Source: Candidatus Omnitrophota bacterium (lineage in GTDB: Bacteria; Omnitrophota; Gorgyraeia; Gygaellales; Profunditerraquicolaceae). Taken from it: a DNA stretch of 64,000 nt. Location of the stretch: positions 44,949 through 108,948 of the forward strand of contig JAPLLX010000006.1 of the NCBI GenBank assembly GCA_026387335.1, written 5' to 3'. A program made the position numbers and the translations under genes. Positions within the stretch are counted from its first letter, which is position 1. Each line of letters opens with the position of its first letter. The notes beneath the pieces are model-generated. The model saw nothing but the letters and a program-made list of their open reading frames with translations. It did not search any database and was not told the origin of the DNA. Shown in pieces: positions 47,055-56,886 of this stretch.

Positions 47055-47651
47055 TTACTCCAAGTGTTTTGTCTTGTTGAATTGTTTTATCCTGGGTTTC
47101 CCTTTTTTGTATTCAATCACGGTCAGGCTGGTCGCTTTCGGGACATAGCGCCAGAAATTATTTTTTTTCAATATACCGCATACTAATATTCCGATCACCC
47201 CTCCGTGGCAGACTATGGCCAGGTCTTTTCCGCTATTTAACCGGACAATCTTCTCTATGGCTTGATTGACTCTTTTTTTAAACACGCTCATCGGCTCAGC
47301 TTTAGGTATACAATCCTGATAAGGATCGCTCAACCATTTTTTATAAGCTAAAGGGTATTTTTTCATAATCTCTTTATGTTTTAAGCCTTCCAGGACACCG
47401 AAATTAATCTCCCTTAAAGCGCGCACCCGGATAATTTTGCATTCTTTAAAGAGGATCCGGCCAGTCTGGAGCGCACGCGACCTATCGCTAGAATAAATCT
47501 TATCGAACTTAAAGGATTTTAAACTTTTGGCTAAACTCTTAGCCTGCTCCTCTCCTTCTTTACTTAAGCCTACATCCCGAAAGCCGCAATAACGGCCTTT
47601 CTTATTCCATTCAGTCACTCCATGGCGGATCAAAGTAAGCCTGGTCACCAT
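47055..47651 (-). CDS. cobC: Histidine phosphatase, probable alpha-ribazole phosphatase
   Basis: RHG.T.WN, HGG; operon context. Confidence 0.8.
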   Translation of the reverse strand: MVTRLTLIRHGVTEWNKKGRYCGFRDVGLSKEGEEQAKSLAKSLKSFKFDKIYSSDRSRALQTGRILFKECKIIRVRALREINFGVLEGLKHKEIMKKYPLAYKKWLSDPYQDCIPKAEPMSVFKKRVNQAIEKIVRLNSGKDLAIVCHGGVIGILVCGILKKNNFWRYVPKATSLTVIEYKKGKPRIKQFNKTKHLE

Positions 47652-48442
47652 TATTTCTCTCCCGGGACCAAAATCACGTTCGGCCTGCCTGTAACAGGAT
47701 TATTATTTACCAGGACAATAGTCTTATATACCGCCTCGATATTCTTATAGGTCAGCACATCTTCAGGGGTTCCTTCTTTGAATATGGAGCCGCTATCCAA
47801 CAAACAGATGCGGTTGCAGTAAGCGCTGGCCAGGTTTAGATCGTGTAAAACCATAACAATAGTCAGGTTACTCTGACGATTGAGTTTATTCAGCAGATCC
47901 ATAATCTGTATCTGATGTCCGATATCAAGATGCGAGGTCGGCTCATCCAGAAATAAAAGCACCGGCTCCTGAGCCAGGGAGCGCGCGATTACTACTCTCT
48001 GGCGCTCTCCCGCGCTTAGTTCATCAATCCTTTTGTCTTTTAAATCCGAAGAATCCGTTAAGGCCAAGGCCCTTTCGGAAATATCGAAATCTTTTTTAGT
48101 TTCAAACTGCAGTCTCTTTAGATGCGGGATCCTTCCCATTAAAACCAGTTCCAGCGCGCTAAAGGAAAAACTGGTAGAGATATCCTGGGCAACAAACGCT
48201 ACGCTCCGGCAGAATTCCTTTAAATCCATATTAAAAATATTTTTACCCTGAAAATAAATACCGCCTTTGCGCGGATATATTACGCGGGAACTTAAGCGTA
48301 AAAGCGTAGTCTTACCGGAGCCATTAGGACCGATAATCCCCATAAAATCACCCGGATTGATCTCCAGAGAAACATTTCTGATAATATCCAATTTAAAATA
48401 CCCGGCGCTCAAATTACTTATTTTAAAAAATGCCTTCATCAA
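47651..48442 (-). CDS. btuD: Cobalamin ABC transporter ATPase
   Basis: GPNGSGKT, LSAGERQR, LDEPT, HDLNLA. Confidence 0.85.
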   Translation of the reverse strand: MMKAFFKISNLSAGYFKLDIIRNVSLEINPGDFMGIIGPNGSGKTTLLRLSSRVIYPRKGGIYFQGKNIFNMDLKEFCRSVAFVAQDISTSFSFSALELVLMGRIPHLKRLQFETKKDFDISERALALTDSSDLKDKRIDELSAGERQRVVIARSLAQEPVLLFLDEPTSHLDIGHQIQIMDLLNKLNRQSNLTIVMVLHDLNLASAYCNRICLLDSGSIFKEGTPEDVLTYKNIEAVYKTIVLVNNNPVTGRPNVILVPGEK

Positions 48443-49401
48443 ATCCTTTTTCCCCGTTTTAATAAAATAATAAAGGCCGGCGCTCCGATCATCGCGGTAA
48501 TCACTCCGATAGGGATCTCAACCGGAGCGAATAGGGTGCGCGCGAAAACATCACAGACTATCATAAATATGGAAGCCGCCAGGCAAGTAGTTGGGATTAA
48601 CATCCTATGATTCGGCCCTACAATCGACCGCATCATATGCGGCACAATCAAACCTACAAACCCGATTATTCCGCAAATACAAATCAGGCTGGCAGTGATT
48701 AAGGAAGTAGTAACGATTAAAATATTTTTAACCTTATGCATATCTATCCCCAGGTGCACGGCTTCCTCTTCGCCCAGCTGAATCGCATTCAGGTCCTGGG
48801 CAAAAGCATAAATCACGCCTATCCCTGATATTACCGGTATTGAAATTAAAAGGACTAACTTCCAGTCATAAACCTGCAAGGAACCCCACAACCACCAGTT
48901 CATTTCATGCATAGCCTCATCGCCGAAGAGAGAAACCAAAAAGACTATTATTGAAGAGAAAGCTACCGAGATGATTACCCCGGAAAGAATCAGGGATTTA
49001 TCCGCTATTTTTTTTCTTTCGGCAGACAAGGTATAAACTAAAACAATACTTACCAGCGCTCCCAGGAATGCTGCCAGAGGCATATAGATCCTGGAAAGGC
49101 CTAGAATCACCGCTATTACCGCTGCCAGTCCTGCGCCGCTAGAAGTTCCTAAAAGGTAGGGTTCAGCTAACGGGTTTCTTAAAATTGCCTGCAGGGCTAT
49201 ACCGGAAACCGCTAAGCCGCTTCCGACAAGAATAGCCGCCAGTATTCTAAGCAGGCGCAGATTAAGAATAACCGCGTTATCTTTAAATAAAAGATTGACT
49301 AAGGGAATATGCACCGCGCCCTTCACTAACCCCAGGATTACCGCTAGGCAAAGTAGTAAAAATAAGACCAGTAATGTTTTCTTTAAGCGTTTAATTATCA
49401 T
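48439..49401 (-). CDS. btuC: Cobalamin ABC transporter permease
   Basis: RNPLAEPY.LG, GIIGFVGL.VPH, EIPIGV. Confidence 0.85.
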   Translation of the reverse strand: MIIKRLKKTLLVLFLLLCLAVILGLVKGAVHIPLVNLLFKDNAVILNLRLLRILAAILVGSGLAVSGIALQAILRNPLAEPYLLGTSSGAGLAAVIAVILGLSRIYMPLAAFLGALVSIVLVYTLSAERKKIADKSLILSGVIISVAFSSIIVFLVSLFGDEAMHEMNWWLWGSLQVYDWKLVLLISIPVISGIGVIYAFAQDLNAIQLGEEEAVHLGIDMHKVKNILIVTTSLITASLICICGIIGFVGLIVPHMMRSIVGPNHRMLIPTTCLAASIFMIVCDVFARTLFAPVEIPIGVITAMIGAPAFIILLKRGKRI

Positions 49402-50225
49402 TGAGAATAAAATCGTTTATAGAGCTCTCTTAATCCTTGCGTAATTCTTGGGCCTGGCCTAAGTAATGTATCCGGATCAATATCATTAAATACCCGCTTA
49501 TTCCTTACTGCTTCAATATTCTTCCAGCCAAAACGCCCCTCTACCAGCTTTAAAGGAGATTCTTTATCCATGTAAGCCATAATAATACAACCGGGATTAA
49601 GGCTGATTACCTTCTCCGCGCTAAAATAACAGTAAGGCCGCGGGACATCATGCGCGACATTGATACCTCCCGCTAAAATAATAAGTTCGTCAATAATTGA
49701 ACCGGCCCCCGCGGTCATCAGCGGCTCATGCCAAATCTCGACAAAAACCTTGACCCTCTTTTCTTGAGGTATAAGCCTCACCTTTACGCTTATCTCCTCA
49801 ATATCATCTTCCATATTCTTAATTAAGGCGAGCGCCTCTTTATCTTTATGGGTAATCGAACCTATATCCTTAATGGATTTAAGCAATTCCTCCATAGTCT
49901 TAGGATAAGCCACATAGAGATTAAATCCTAAACGCCTTAATTCCTCGACGACCGGCGCCTGCTCCAGACCAGTACAGAAAATATAATCCGGCTTCAATGA
50001 TATTATAGTCTCGATGTTGGGATGGCTAAAATCTCCGACCTTAGCCTTATTTTTAGTTAAGAGAGGATAATTACAATATGAACTCACTCCAATAATATTC
50101 TTATCCAGTCCTAAGGCAAAAAGAATCTCGGTTGTTGAAGGCGCCAGAGAAATGTATTTCGCAGCGGCTTCTGCCTTGGCCCAGATTATCGATAGGAATA
50201 TTATGCTGACTATTATTTTCTTCAT
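49398..50225 (-). CDS. btuF: Cobalamin-binding periplasmic protein
   Basis: Signal peptide, SLAPSTTEILFALG, CNYP, RPGPR. Confidence 0.88.
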   Translation of the reverse strand: MKKIIVSIIFLSIIWAKAEAAAKYISLAPSTTEILFALGLDKNIIGVSSYCNYPLLTKNKAKVGDFSHPNIETIISLKPDYIFCTGLEQAPVVEELRRLGFNLYVAYPKTMEELLKSIKDIGSITHKDKEALALIKNMEDDIEEISVKVRLIPQEKRVKVFVEIWHEPLMTAGAGSIIDELIILAGGINVAHDVPRPYCYFSAEKVISLNPGCIIMAYMDKESPLKLVEGRFGWKNIEAVRNKRVFNDIDPDTLLRPGPRITQGLRELYKRFYSQ

Positions 50226-50242
50226 ACAATACACCCGGTAAC

Positions 50243-50277
50243 AAAAAACCCGATCCGGCATTTCTGCCTGAATCGGG
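50243..50277 (-). terminator. Intrinsic terminator (riboswitch expression platform)
   Basis: CCCGATTCAGGCA-GAAA-TGCCGGATCGGG-TTTTTT between the aptamer and btuF. Confidence 0.8.
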
Positions 50278-50325
50278 CTGCACCCTAATAATACTATGGC
50301 CCATTCCACGAGGCGAATCTACTGA

Positions 50326-50470
50326 TATAGGCAGGTCTTCTGGCTTGGGGTCGCTCTACTCGCTTTTTAGCCTTCCCATCCAAATCCGGACAGTGGCTTA
50401 ACTCTCTAGCTTTCGTCACCCTTACAGCGGCGGGACCGCATCAGCTTATCACTGATTTCCCTAACCTATA
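50326..50470 (-). promoter_or_regulatory. Cobalamin (AdoCbl, class I) riboswitch
   Basis: AGGGAAATCAGTG...GCGGTCCCGCCGCTGT...GCCACTG...GGGAAGG...AGCCAGAAGACCTGCC (B12 box). Confidence 0.92.
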
Positions 50471-50529
50471 ATTAAATGGCTTTGCCTAAATGAAGGCAAA
50501 CCATGGCCTTGCGGCCAATTATCTTCTCT

Positions 50530-50557
50530 ACTTTAACACTCAGAAAATATTTGTCAA
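50530..50557 (-). promoter_or_regulatory. Promoter for the cobamide operon
   Basis: TTGACA-16 nt-TAAAGT with TG extension. Confidence 0.55.
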
Positions 50558-50575
50558 CAAAATTTTAGCCAACTT

Positions 50576-51079
50576 TTAGAATTCAATACCCTTTCGCGCC
50601 CGGAGGCCCTTCTTGAAATAATGTTTTCTCTCTCTTATCTCGCTGACTAAATCCGCTAACTTTATAATATCCGGGTGAGCGTAGCGGCCGGTAAGGATCA
50701 ATTCTGTTTTCTTGGGTAGACTTTTTAGAAGGCTTAAAACATCTTTTAAATCGACGAGTTTAAGTTTTAAAGCAATGTTTATTTCATCAAGCACGATTAA
50801 TGAATAACTTTTGTCTCGAATTGCTTTTTTTGCCGCTACTAATCCGGCTTGCGCCAGCTTAATATCTTCTTCCCGAGGTAAATGCCGAATAAAACATTTT
50901 GACCCAAATTGTTCGACTTTTATATTCTTAAATTTCTTCAGAGAATGCAATTCACAGTAATCTTTGCCTTTTAAGAATTGACAGATATATACCTTATGGC
51001 CTGCGCCGCTTGCCCTTAAAGCCAAACCCAGCGCCGCCGTAGTCTTTCCTTTTCCATTACCGGTATAGACTTGAATCAA
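50576..51079 (-). CDS. btuR: Cob(I)alamin adenosyltransferase
   Basis: YTGNGKGKTTAA.G, QFLKG, LDEI, LTGR, KGIEF. Confidence 0.93.
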   Translation of the reverse strand: MIQVYTGNGKGKTTAALGLALRASGAGHKVYICQFLKGKDYCELHSLKKFKNIKVEQFGSKCFIRHLPREEDIKLAQAGLVAAKKAIRDKSYSLIVLDEINIALKLKLVDLKDVLSLLKSLPKKTELILTGRYAHPDIIKLADLVSEIRERKHYFKKGLRARKGIEF

Positions 51080-51086
51080 GGTAACC

Positions 51087-51755
51087 TCACTTTGACCCTT
51101 TGATAACCAGCCTCAAGAATCTGAAGGTATCCACAAAGGGATTAATCTGGCTCTTTTCTCCCCTGTAAACAGTCTTCACAGGGACTGATTCAATTTTAAA
51201 ACCTAAACGCGCAGCTTTAATTAAAATCTCGGTTTCTGTCTCAAACTTATTTGTTTTTAGCTCAACCTTCTCAAGAACAGCCCTTTTTATCAACCTGAAC
51301 CCGCATTGCGTATCGGGAATACTCTGTTTGCTTAAAACTGATATTACCAACGACATAAATTTATTCGTGATAACCCGCAACCAGGGCATATCCTTGGTCT
51401 GGCGCATGCGGTTTCCTACAAATACATCGCTCCGGGATTTTAGGGCTTGGTGTATTAAGCAGGATAAATCCTCAGGCAGGTGCTGGCCGTCTCCGTCCAT
51501 AGTTATTACAGCGTCAAAATCATGCGTAAGCGCGTACTTAAAACCTTTTTTTAAACACGCTCCCTTTCCTTCATTAACCGGATTTATTAAAACTACAGCC
51601 CCGGCGCTGGAGGCGATTCTAGCGGTAGAATCTGTTGAGCCGTCATCTACCACTAAAACATCCAGGTTACTCTCCTTAATCTGCTTAACCAGCCTGAATA
51701 TTTCTTTTGCTTCGTTATATGTCGGTATAATAACGCAGGTAATCATTCTTTCCAA
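51087..51755 (-). CDS. GT2 glycosyltransferase (DPM-synthase-like)
   Basis: IPTYNE, VDDGS.D, MDGDGQH, DTQCGFR. Confidence 0.9.
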   Translation of the reverse strand: MERMITCVIIPTYNEAKEIFRLVKQIKESNLDVLVVDDGSTDSTARIASSAGAVVLINPVNEGKGACLKKGFKYALTHDFDAVITMDGDGQHLPEDLSCLIHQALKSRSDVFVGNRMRQTKDMPWLRVITNKFMSLVISVLSKQSIPDTQCGFRLIKRAVLEKVELKTNKFETETEILIKAARLGFKIESVPVKTVYRGEKSQINPFVDTFRFLRLVIKGSK

Positions 51756-52600
51756 AATCTTCTAAACATATACCACTGATCGGGATAACGCCTTATATAA
51801 TCTTCAAAGACAGTTTTATACCTTCTAATTATTTCTTTGACGTCCTTTTCTTTATCTGTGCCGGGCTCATATTCAATTGGTTTATCCATTATCAGATCAA
51901 AGCTATCATCGGCATTACGCAGCATAAATGCGGGGACTATCTTAGCCTTGGTCTGTAAAGAAAGAACAGCCGGGCCCAAAGGAAAAATTGTCGGCTTACC
52001 GAAGAAATCCATGACTATCCCCTTACCTACAAAGTCACGGTCACCGACTAAAGCTAATACCTCATTCCTTCTTAAGGCCTTAATACACCCTTTAGCCGCA
52101 TTCCCCAGAGGAAGGACATGCACGCCCTTACTTTGCCTCTGACCGTTAAAAAACGCGTTAACTTTCTTAGATTTATGCGGGAGGGCAACTGTAAGAAAAG
52201 AATACCCCAGCATTGAAACAACTACCGCTCCCAATTCCCAGTTTCCCAAATGCGCGCTAGCCAGTATTACTCCATTGCTCTCTGACAAAGAGCTATCCAC
52301 ATAATGCATATTCTTTACGTGTATATTTTCTTTAATATATTCCATATCCAGCTTATGAAACCGGAAGAAATCAACAAGGTACTTGGCAAAATTATGAAAT
52401 AATTTCTTGCGGATAATAACCAATTCACAGGAAGATTTTTCCGGGAATATTATTTTAAGGTTTTCTAAAACTCTACGGCGGTCAATAAAAGCAAACGCGG
52501 AATATAAATCTCCCGCAAAAATCCCTAGGCGATAAGCTGTCTTTAAAGGTAGACTTAAAGCCAAAAACTGAGCGAACCTATAGAATAAATAGCTAAACAT
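51743..52600 (-). CDS. LpxL/HtrB-like lysophospholipid acyltransferase
   Basis: HLGNWE, GDR, FFG, PDQW.MF. Confidence 0.88.
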   Translation of the reverse strand: MFSYLFYRFAQFLALSLPLKTAYRLGIFAGDLYSAFAFIDRRRVLENLKIIFPEKSSCELVIIRKKLFHNFAKYLVDFFRFHKLDMEYIKENIHVKNMHYVDSSLSESNGVILASAHLGNWELGAVVVSMLGYSFLTVALPHKSKKVNAFFNGQRQSKGVHVLPLGNAAKGCIKALRRNEVLALVGDRDFVGKGIVMDFFGKPTIFPLGPAVLSLQTKAKIVPAFMLRNADDSFDLIMDKPIEYEPGTDKEKDVKEIIRRYKTVFEDYIRRYPDQWYMFRRFWKE

Positions 52601-53718
52601 TATGGATTCTTAAGCAAAAACCTGGCTATATCCATACTGGAATTAGGCTTGCTTATTTGTTTTGCGCAGGCGCAAAGTTGAGCTAATTTATTGGGGTTCT
52701 TAAGTAGATCTTCGATAACCAGGTTAATCTTAGCCGGGTCCTCTATTTTAAGCGCGGCTCCTTTTTGAATAAGATAAGTGGTATTATTCGCCTCTTGCCC
52801 CGGTAAGGGCTTGATGATGATCATCGGCTTACCCTTGGCCAGGACTTCGGATGTAGTCACTCCTCCGGGTTTGCTTATTACAATATCCGCAATATACATT
52901 AACTCATTAATGTTTTGCGTATAGCCAAAAAGCAATATCTTTTTTCTGTATTTACGTATTTTACGCTTTAAAGAATTGTATAATTTCTTATTAGTCCCGG
53001 TTATGACAATCTCTTGTATTGGGCCATTAACTTTTTCCAGAGACTTTACGATCGTTTTTATAGGGCCTAAGCCTTGTCCGCCTCCCATAATCAATATCGT
53101 CGGAAGATGGGAAGAAAGTCTATGTTTGTGAAAAACGTTATTTCTATCCAGATTTTCGTTAAATTTAGGGTCAAAAGGAATACCCAGTGATTTTACCTTC
53201 TGCGCGCTTACCCCTTTCTTTATCAGACGTAAGCTCACATCATCGGACGGAGTAATATAATAGTCTACTGCGTCATAAACCCAATAGGAATGCGGGATAT
53301 AATCGGTTAAAACCGCGACTAGCGGTAAATTCAATCCGTATTTATTTTTATAATACGCGACCATCCCGCAGGGAAATGCCTGAGTGCAAACGACTATATC
53401 GGGCTTAAGCCTCTCAAAAAGCCGTTTTAGTTTTGGCGAATTATTTTTATGGACGTTTTGCTTGGCCTTCTCCAGGCTTTTAGCGACTTTGGGGTTGTCA
53501 TAAAGATAATCCCAAATCTGAGGGGCGATCTTGATTATCCCCATATAAATACTATTAACTATTTTCTCGGCTAAGGGGTTAGTATAATTGAAAGCATTAA
53601 TATTGGTGATTTCCGCGTTCGGTTCCAATATCTTAATGGCCTTCTCAATAGCCAAAGTCGCATTATGATGACCGGAGACTTCCGAAATGTACATTAAAAC
53701 TATGCGTTTTCGCTGCAT
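52600..53718 (-). CDS. MGDG synthase/UgtP-like glycosyltransferase (GT28)
   Basis: SGHH, TDY..H..W, GIP, MGGGQG, KPGG.T.SE, PGQE..N. Confidence 0.88.
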   Translation of the reverse strand: MQRKRIVLMYISEVSGHHNATLAIEKAIKILEPNAEITNINAFNYTNPLAEKIVNSIYMGIIKIAPQIWDYLYDNPKVAKSLEKAKQNVHKNNSPKLKRLFERLKPDIVVCTQAFPCGMVAYYKNKYGLNLPLVAVLTDYIPHSYWVYDAVDYYITPSDDVSLRLIKKGVSAQKVKSLGIPFDPKFNENLDRNNVFHKHRLSSHLPTILIMGGGQGLGPIKTIVKSLEKVNGPIQEIVITGTNKKLYNSLKRKIRKYRKKILLFGYTQNINELMYIADIVISKPGGVTTSEVLAKGKPMIIIKPLPGQEANNTTYLIQKGAALKIEDPAKINLVIEDLLKNPNKLAQLCACAKQISKPNSSMDIARFLLKNP

Positions 53719-53724
53719 GTATTT

Positions 53725-54891
53725 TTAGAATTTCCCTTCTTCGCACAATTCCAGAAAGGCTTTTGTTACGTAGGGATTAAACTGAAGATTACTTAATTTC
53801 TTAATTTCTTTTACGGCATCATTTTTGTATAAGGCTGCCCGATACGGCCTATCCGAAGTCATGGCGTCAAAAGAATCCGCTACGGATATTATAGACGCGA
53901 TCAAAGGAATCTCATCCCCCTTCAAACCCTCCGGATAGCCTAAACCATCCGGCCTTTCATGATGATATTTTATTCCGGCTAAAGAATGTTCCAGCTCCTT
54001 TATCGGCTTGAGGATGGTTACACCGATTAAAGGATGTTCTTTTATTTTATTTCTTTCGCCGATAGTCAAACTTCCTCTTTTATTCAGTATCTGCTCAGGA
54101 ACGCCGATCTTACCGACATCATGCAGAAGACTGGCTATATGCAGGCTTTCAATGAATTTACTATCCATTGTTTTTTTATTCTTTTGGGCGAGCCTTTTGG
54201 CGATTTCAATGCTTAAATTAGTCACCCTGGTGGTATGGCCATGCGTATAGTTATCCTTTGCCTCTATGGCAGCGACGAGCGCGATAGTAGTCCGCATAAA
54301 AAGCTGGTGTTTCTTATCCAGCTCGGATTTGAGTTCTTTAAAGAGATAGGAATTTCTTATGGCCATGGACATATTGGACGCCAGGGCAACAAAAAAATCT
54401 AACTCTCTTTTGGTAAACCTGCTTCCGTCTTTTTTCTTACCCAAGAGCAGAACACCCAAGAGGTCATCCCGGTAATAACTTGGAACGCAACTGACGGTCT
54501 CTAGTAACTGCATCTGATAAAGCACATCGGTCAAAAGATGCTTCAAACGTTCCTTAGTACTGGCTGCCTTTATGGCGGCCTGCGCGTTTTCCAGGGTTAA
54601 GACATCATTATTAAATAAAAGCCGGTTATTGCGCTCCCTAAAATAGCGGATAAGCGAATCATCTTTATCAAAACAGGCCAAACCTACCGGTATTTTTTTG
54701 GCTAGAGAGCCGCCGGAAACAGTAAGGAGATAGGCCTGGCGTTCCGGCTTATAAAGAAGAATACTGGCGTGCTCAACATTCATTTTATCCACCACCATGC
54801 GCACGATTATTTTGATCAGCAGGTCCGGGTCATGCACGAAAATCATATTCCGCGCGGCAGTCTCTAATTCTTTTTTGAAATCAATGGCCAT
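53725..54891 (-). CDS. GAF + HD-GYP phosphodiesterase
   Basis: EAKD.YT.GH, LLHDVGK, HHERPDGLGYP, DAMTSDRPYR. Confidence 0.9.
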   Translation of the reverse strand: MAIDFKKELETAARNMIFVHDPDLLIKIIVRMVVDKMNVEHASILLYKPERQAYLLTVSGGSLAKKIPVGLACFDKDDSLIRYFRERNNRLLFNNDVLTLENAQAAIKAASTKERLKHLLTDVLYQMQLLETVSCVPSYYRDDLLGVLLLGKKKDGSRFTKRELDFFVALASNMSMAIRNSYLFKELKSELDKKHQLFMRTTIALVAAIEAKDNYTHGHTTRVTNLSIEIAKRLAQKNKKTMDSKFIESLHIASLLHDVGKIGVPEQILNKRGSLTIGERNKIKEHPLIGVTILKPIKELEHSLAGIKYHHERPDGLGYPEGLKGDEIPLIASIISVADSFDAMTSDRPYRAALYKNDAVKEIKKLSNLQFNPYVTKAFLELCEEGKF

Positions 54892-54896
54892 ATTTT

Positions 54897-55133
54897 TTAA
54901 CTTTCTTCAAGCGTACCCAAAGTATCGCCCGGTTTTACTGTCTGGCCTTCGGCAAAGATTATTTCCGTAAGCGTCCCCGAAGATGGGCTGGGCAGGTTAA
55001 AGGTGGCTTTGTCTGTAGTAAGCTCGACCAGATCGTCTTTTTCATTAACCTTCTCGCCGGTTTTAAAATACCAGTAGGAAACAGTTGCCTTTTGAATGCC
55101 TTCGCTTAATTCCGGTAAAATTACTTTAACCAT
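54897..55133 (-). CDS. Stand-alone lipoyl domain protein
   Basis: LPEL.EG...W...G..V...D.LVEL.TDKA....PSP..G; 78 aa with own SD. Confidence 0.85.
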   Translation of the reverse strand: MVKVILPELSEGIQKATVSYWYFKTGEKVNEKDDLVELTTDKATFNLPSPSSGTLTEIIFAEGQTVKPGDTLGTLEES

Positions 55134-55152
55134 TTTATATCCTTTATTTCGC

Positions 55153-55569
55153 CTAAAATATAATTACCCCTGTATCGCTCATCCTCTTTTTTTCCCCCTT
55201 AGCCGGCTCTTTATTCACGACTATGCCGGAAAGAGGAGGAGTGGTTGACGCAAGCTCTTCCTGCTTTAGGCTATTGGAAGCGGAATTTTGAGATTGAAAA
55301 ACTCTTGCCTCTCTCTTTTGGTCCACGGAAATACTCAGCCTGCTCTCAACCGGAACCGCCCCAACAATAGTAACCGCTGGTTTGACTTCCGAAAGCCCTT
55401 GTTCCATAATTGCAACCGGAGGCTCTCGATTAACAGAGTATTCCTGAGCCCTGACTTCTTCGTTAACCGCGCTGGTAACTTTATTTAGATGTGAATTAAT
55501 AGACCTTAAAACCATAAAGATGACCGCGCCTATAATAATCAAAAGAATGAATTTGTTCCTCTTTCCCAT
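55153..55569 (-). CDS. Membrane-anchored hypothetical protein
   Basis: N-terminal TM helix, low-complexity body; SD GGAGGA. Confidence 0.6.
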   Translation of the reverse strand: MGKRNKFILLIIIGAVIFMVLRSINSHLNKVTSAVNEEVRAQEYSVNREPPVAIMEQGLSEVKPAVTIVGAVPVESRLSISVDQKREARVFQSQNSASNSLKQEELASTTPPLSGIVVNKEPAKGEKKRMSDTGVIIF

Positions 55570-55571
55570 AA

Positions 55572-56885
55572 TTAATCCTCCTGCCAGGCTAAAGTCACAT
55601 AATCTCCGGTGGTGGGGAAAAACGGAGGCGGCGTATCCAACATTCTTGAGTCATAAGTATAATTTTTGGAATATCCGGTTAATTTCTCTCCGCCTATTCC
55701 GTCAAAAGTGCCCACTGGCCCGCGCTGGTCTTGAATAATTCCGCCATAAACAGTCAACGTTCCTTTAGGCGAACCTTTCCACCAATTTTCAAGCATAAAA
55801 GAGGTATTGAGAGCCATGATTGAAGCGTCGACTTCCAGGTTATAAGAGGCGCTACTGGCAATAGTCACATCGCTCTCCGAAATAAGGCCAAGCATATTGG
55901 TTGAACTGGGGTTAACCCGCGGATTATTGAAATAAGTAGTACTACCGACTATTATTACATCGCCGCTTGCTCCGGCAGTAAGCCTTCCATTTAACGTCCC
56001 GGAAACAGTAAGCGTTCCGTTATCCACAAAAAGCGCGCCATTAGCCGGAAGCGGACGAGCTGTCAAAGTGCAACAGTGGCTGCAACTACCTGTGCAATTA
56101 GCGTAATAATAGTCGTTATTAGTAATATCCATAGTTCCGGTAGAATTTAAAACTACAGTTGCATCATCATTTAACCTTAAGCCGCCGCTTGATGACGCGT
56201 TGCGTAGATAAGTAGCCTGCCGGGGCATATTGACAGAGTTAGACCCAAGCGTTAGGCCCCCGTTAAAAGCAGGCGTATCATAAGGAGAGTTGGTTGAATT
56301 ACTCGAAACAATATTGTTCCCGTTATTAAAGTAGTTAATCTGGTCGTTAGTCGAGCGCACCTCGCCGTCAAAGATCGGGCCGGGGTTATGCCCGGCTATA
56401 TTGAGCTGGCCATTGGTATGAGTCGGCCCGTTGAGATGATCCTGATCCCAAAACCAGACATTTGAGCTTCCGTAATTCTCTCCATCGGTAAACCAGATAT
56501 ATCTGGCATAATTATCCACCTGAACAATGTTAGTAAGCCTTTTACTTATGTTCCCTGCAATTCCTACGGAAACAATCTTATATCTGCGCATGGTCCCGTA
56601 TAACCCTAAATCCGTGATTGTTACAGCATAGGTGCCGACAGGCGAAAGTGTCCCCGGGAAATCACTTGCCGAGCCGTCTCTTAACTGTTGAACAGCTTTA
56701 TCCAGCCCTGATTCAGCCAGATCAAAAGCCTGCATCTGCTTTTTAAACAAGTTAACGGCGCTATTCTGGCCGATGCTCGCGTTGACAAAGGTAATAACAA
56801 AAACGATCAGCACCGCTACCACCAGATACGTAGCGATAAGCGCGATACCCTTTTTATTAGCCGCCAGCTTATGGATATATCCCAT
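55572..56885 (-). CDS. PilX/GspK-like minor pilin (DUF4900-like C-terminus)
   Basis: KKG|IAL hydrophobic leader without E5, AF.LAESG, GP.HTN, YDSRM...PP.FP. Confidence 0.75.
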   Translation of the reverse strand: MGYIHKLAANKKGIALIATYLVVAVLIVFVITFVNASIGQNSAVNLFKKQMQAFDLAESGLDKAVQQLRDGSASDFPGTLSPVGTYAVTITDLGLYGTMRRYKIVSVGIAGNISKRLTNIVQVDNYARYIWFTDGENYGSSNVWFWDQDHLNGPTHTNGQLNIAGHNPGPIFDGEVRSTNDQINYFNNGNNIVSSNSTNSPYDTPAFNGGLTLGSNSVNMPRQATYLRNASSSGGLRLNDDATVVLNSTGTMDITNNDYYYANCTGSCSHCCTLTARPLPANGALFVDNGTLTVSGTLNGRLTAGASGDVIIVGSTTYFNNPRVNPSSTNMLGLISESDVTIASSASYNLEVDASIMALNTSFMLENWWKGSPKGTLTVYGGIIQDQRGPVGTFDGIGGEKLTGYSKNYTYDSRMLDTPPPFFPTTGDYVTLAWQED

Positions 56886-56886
56886 A

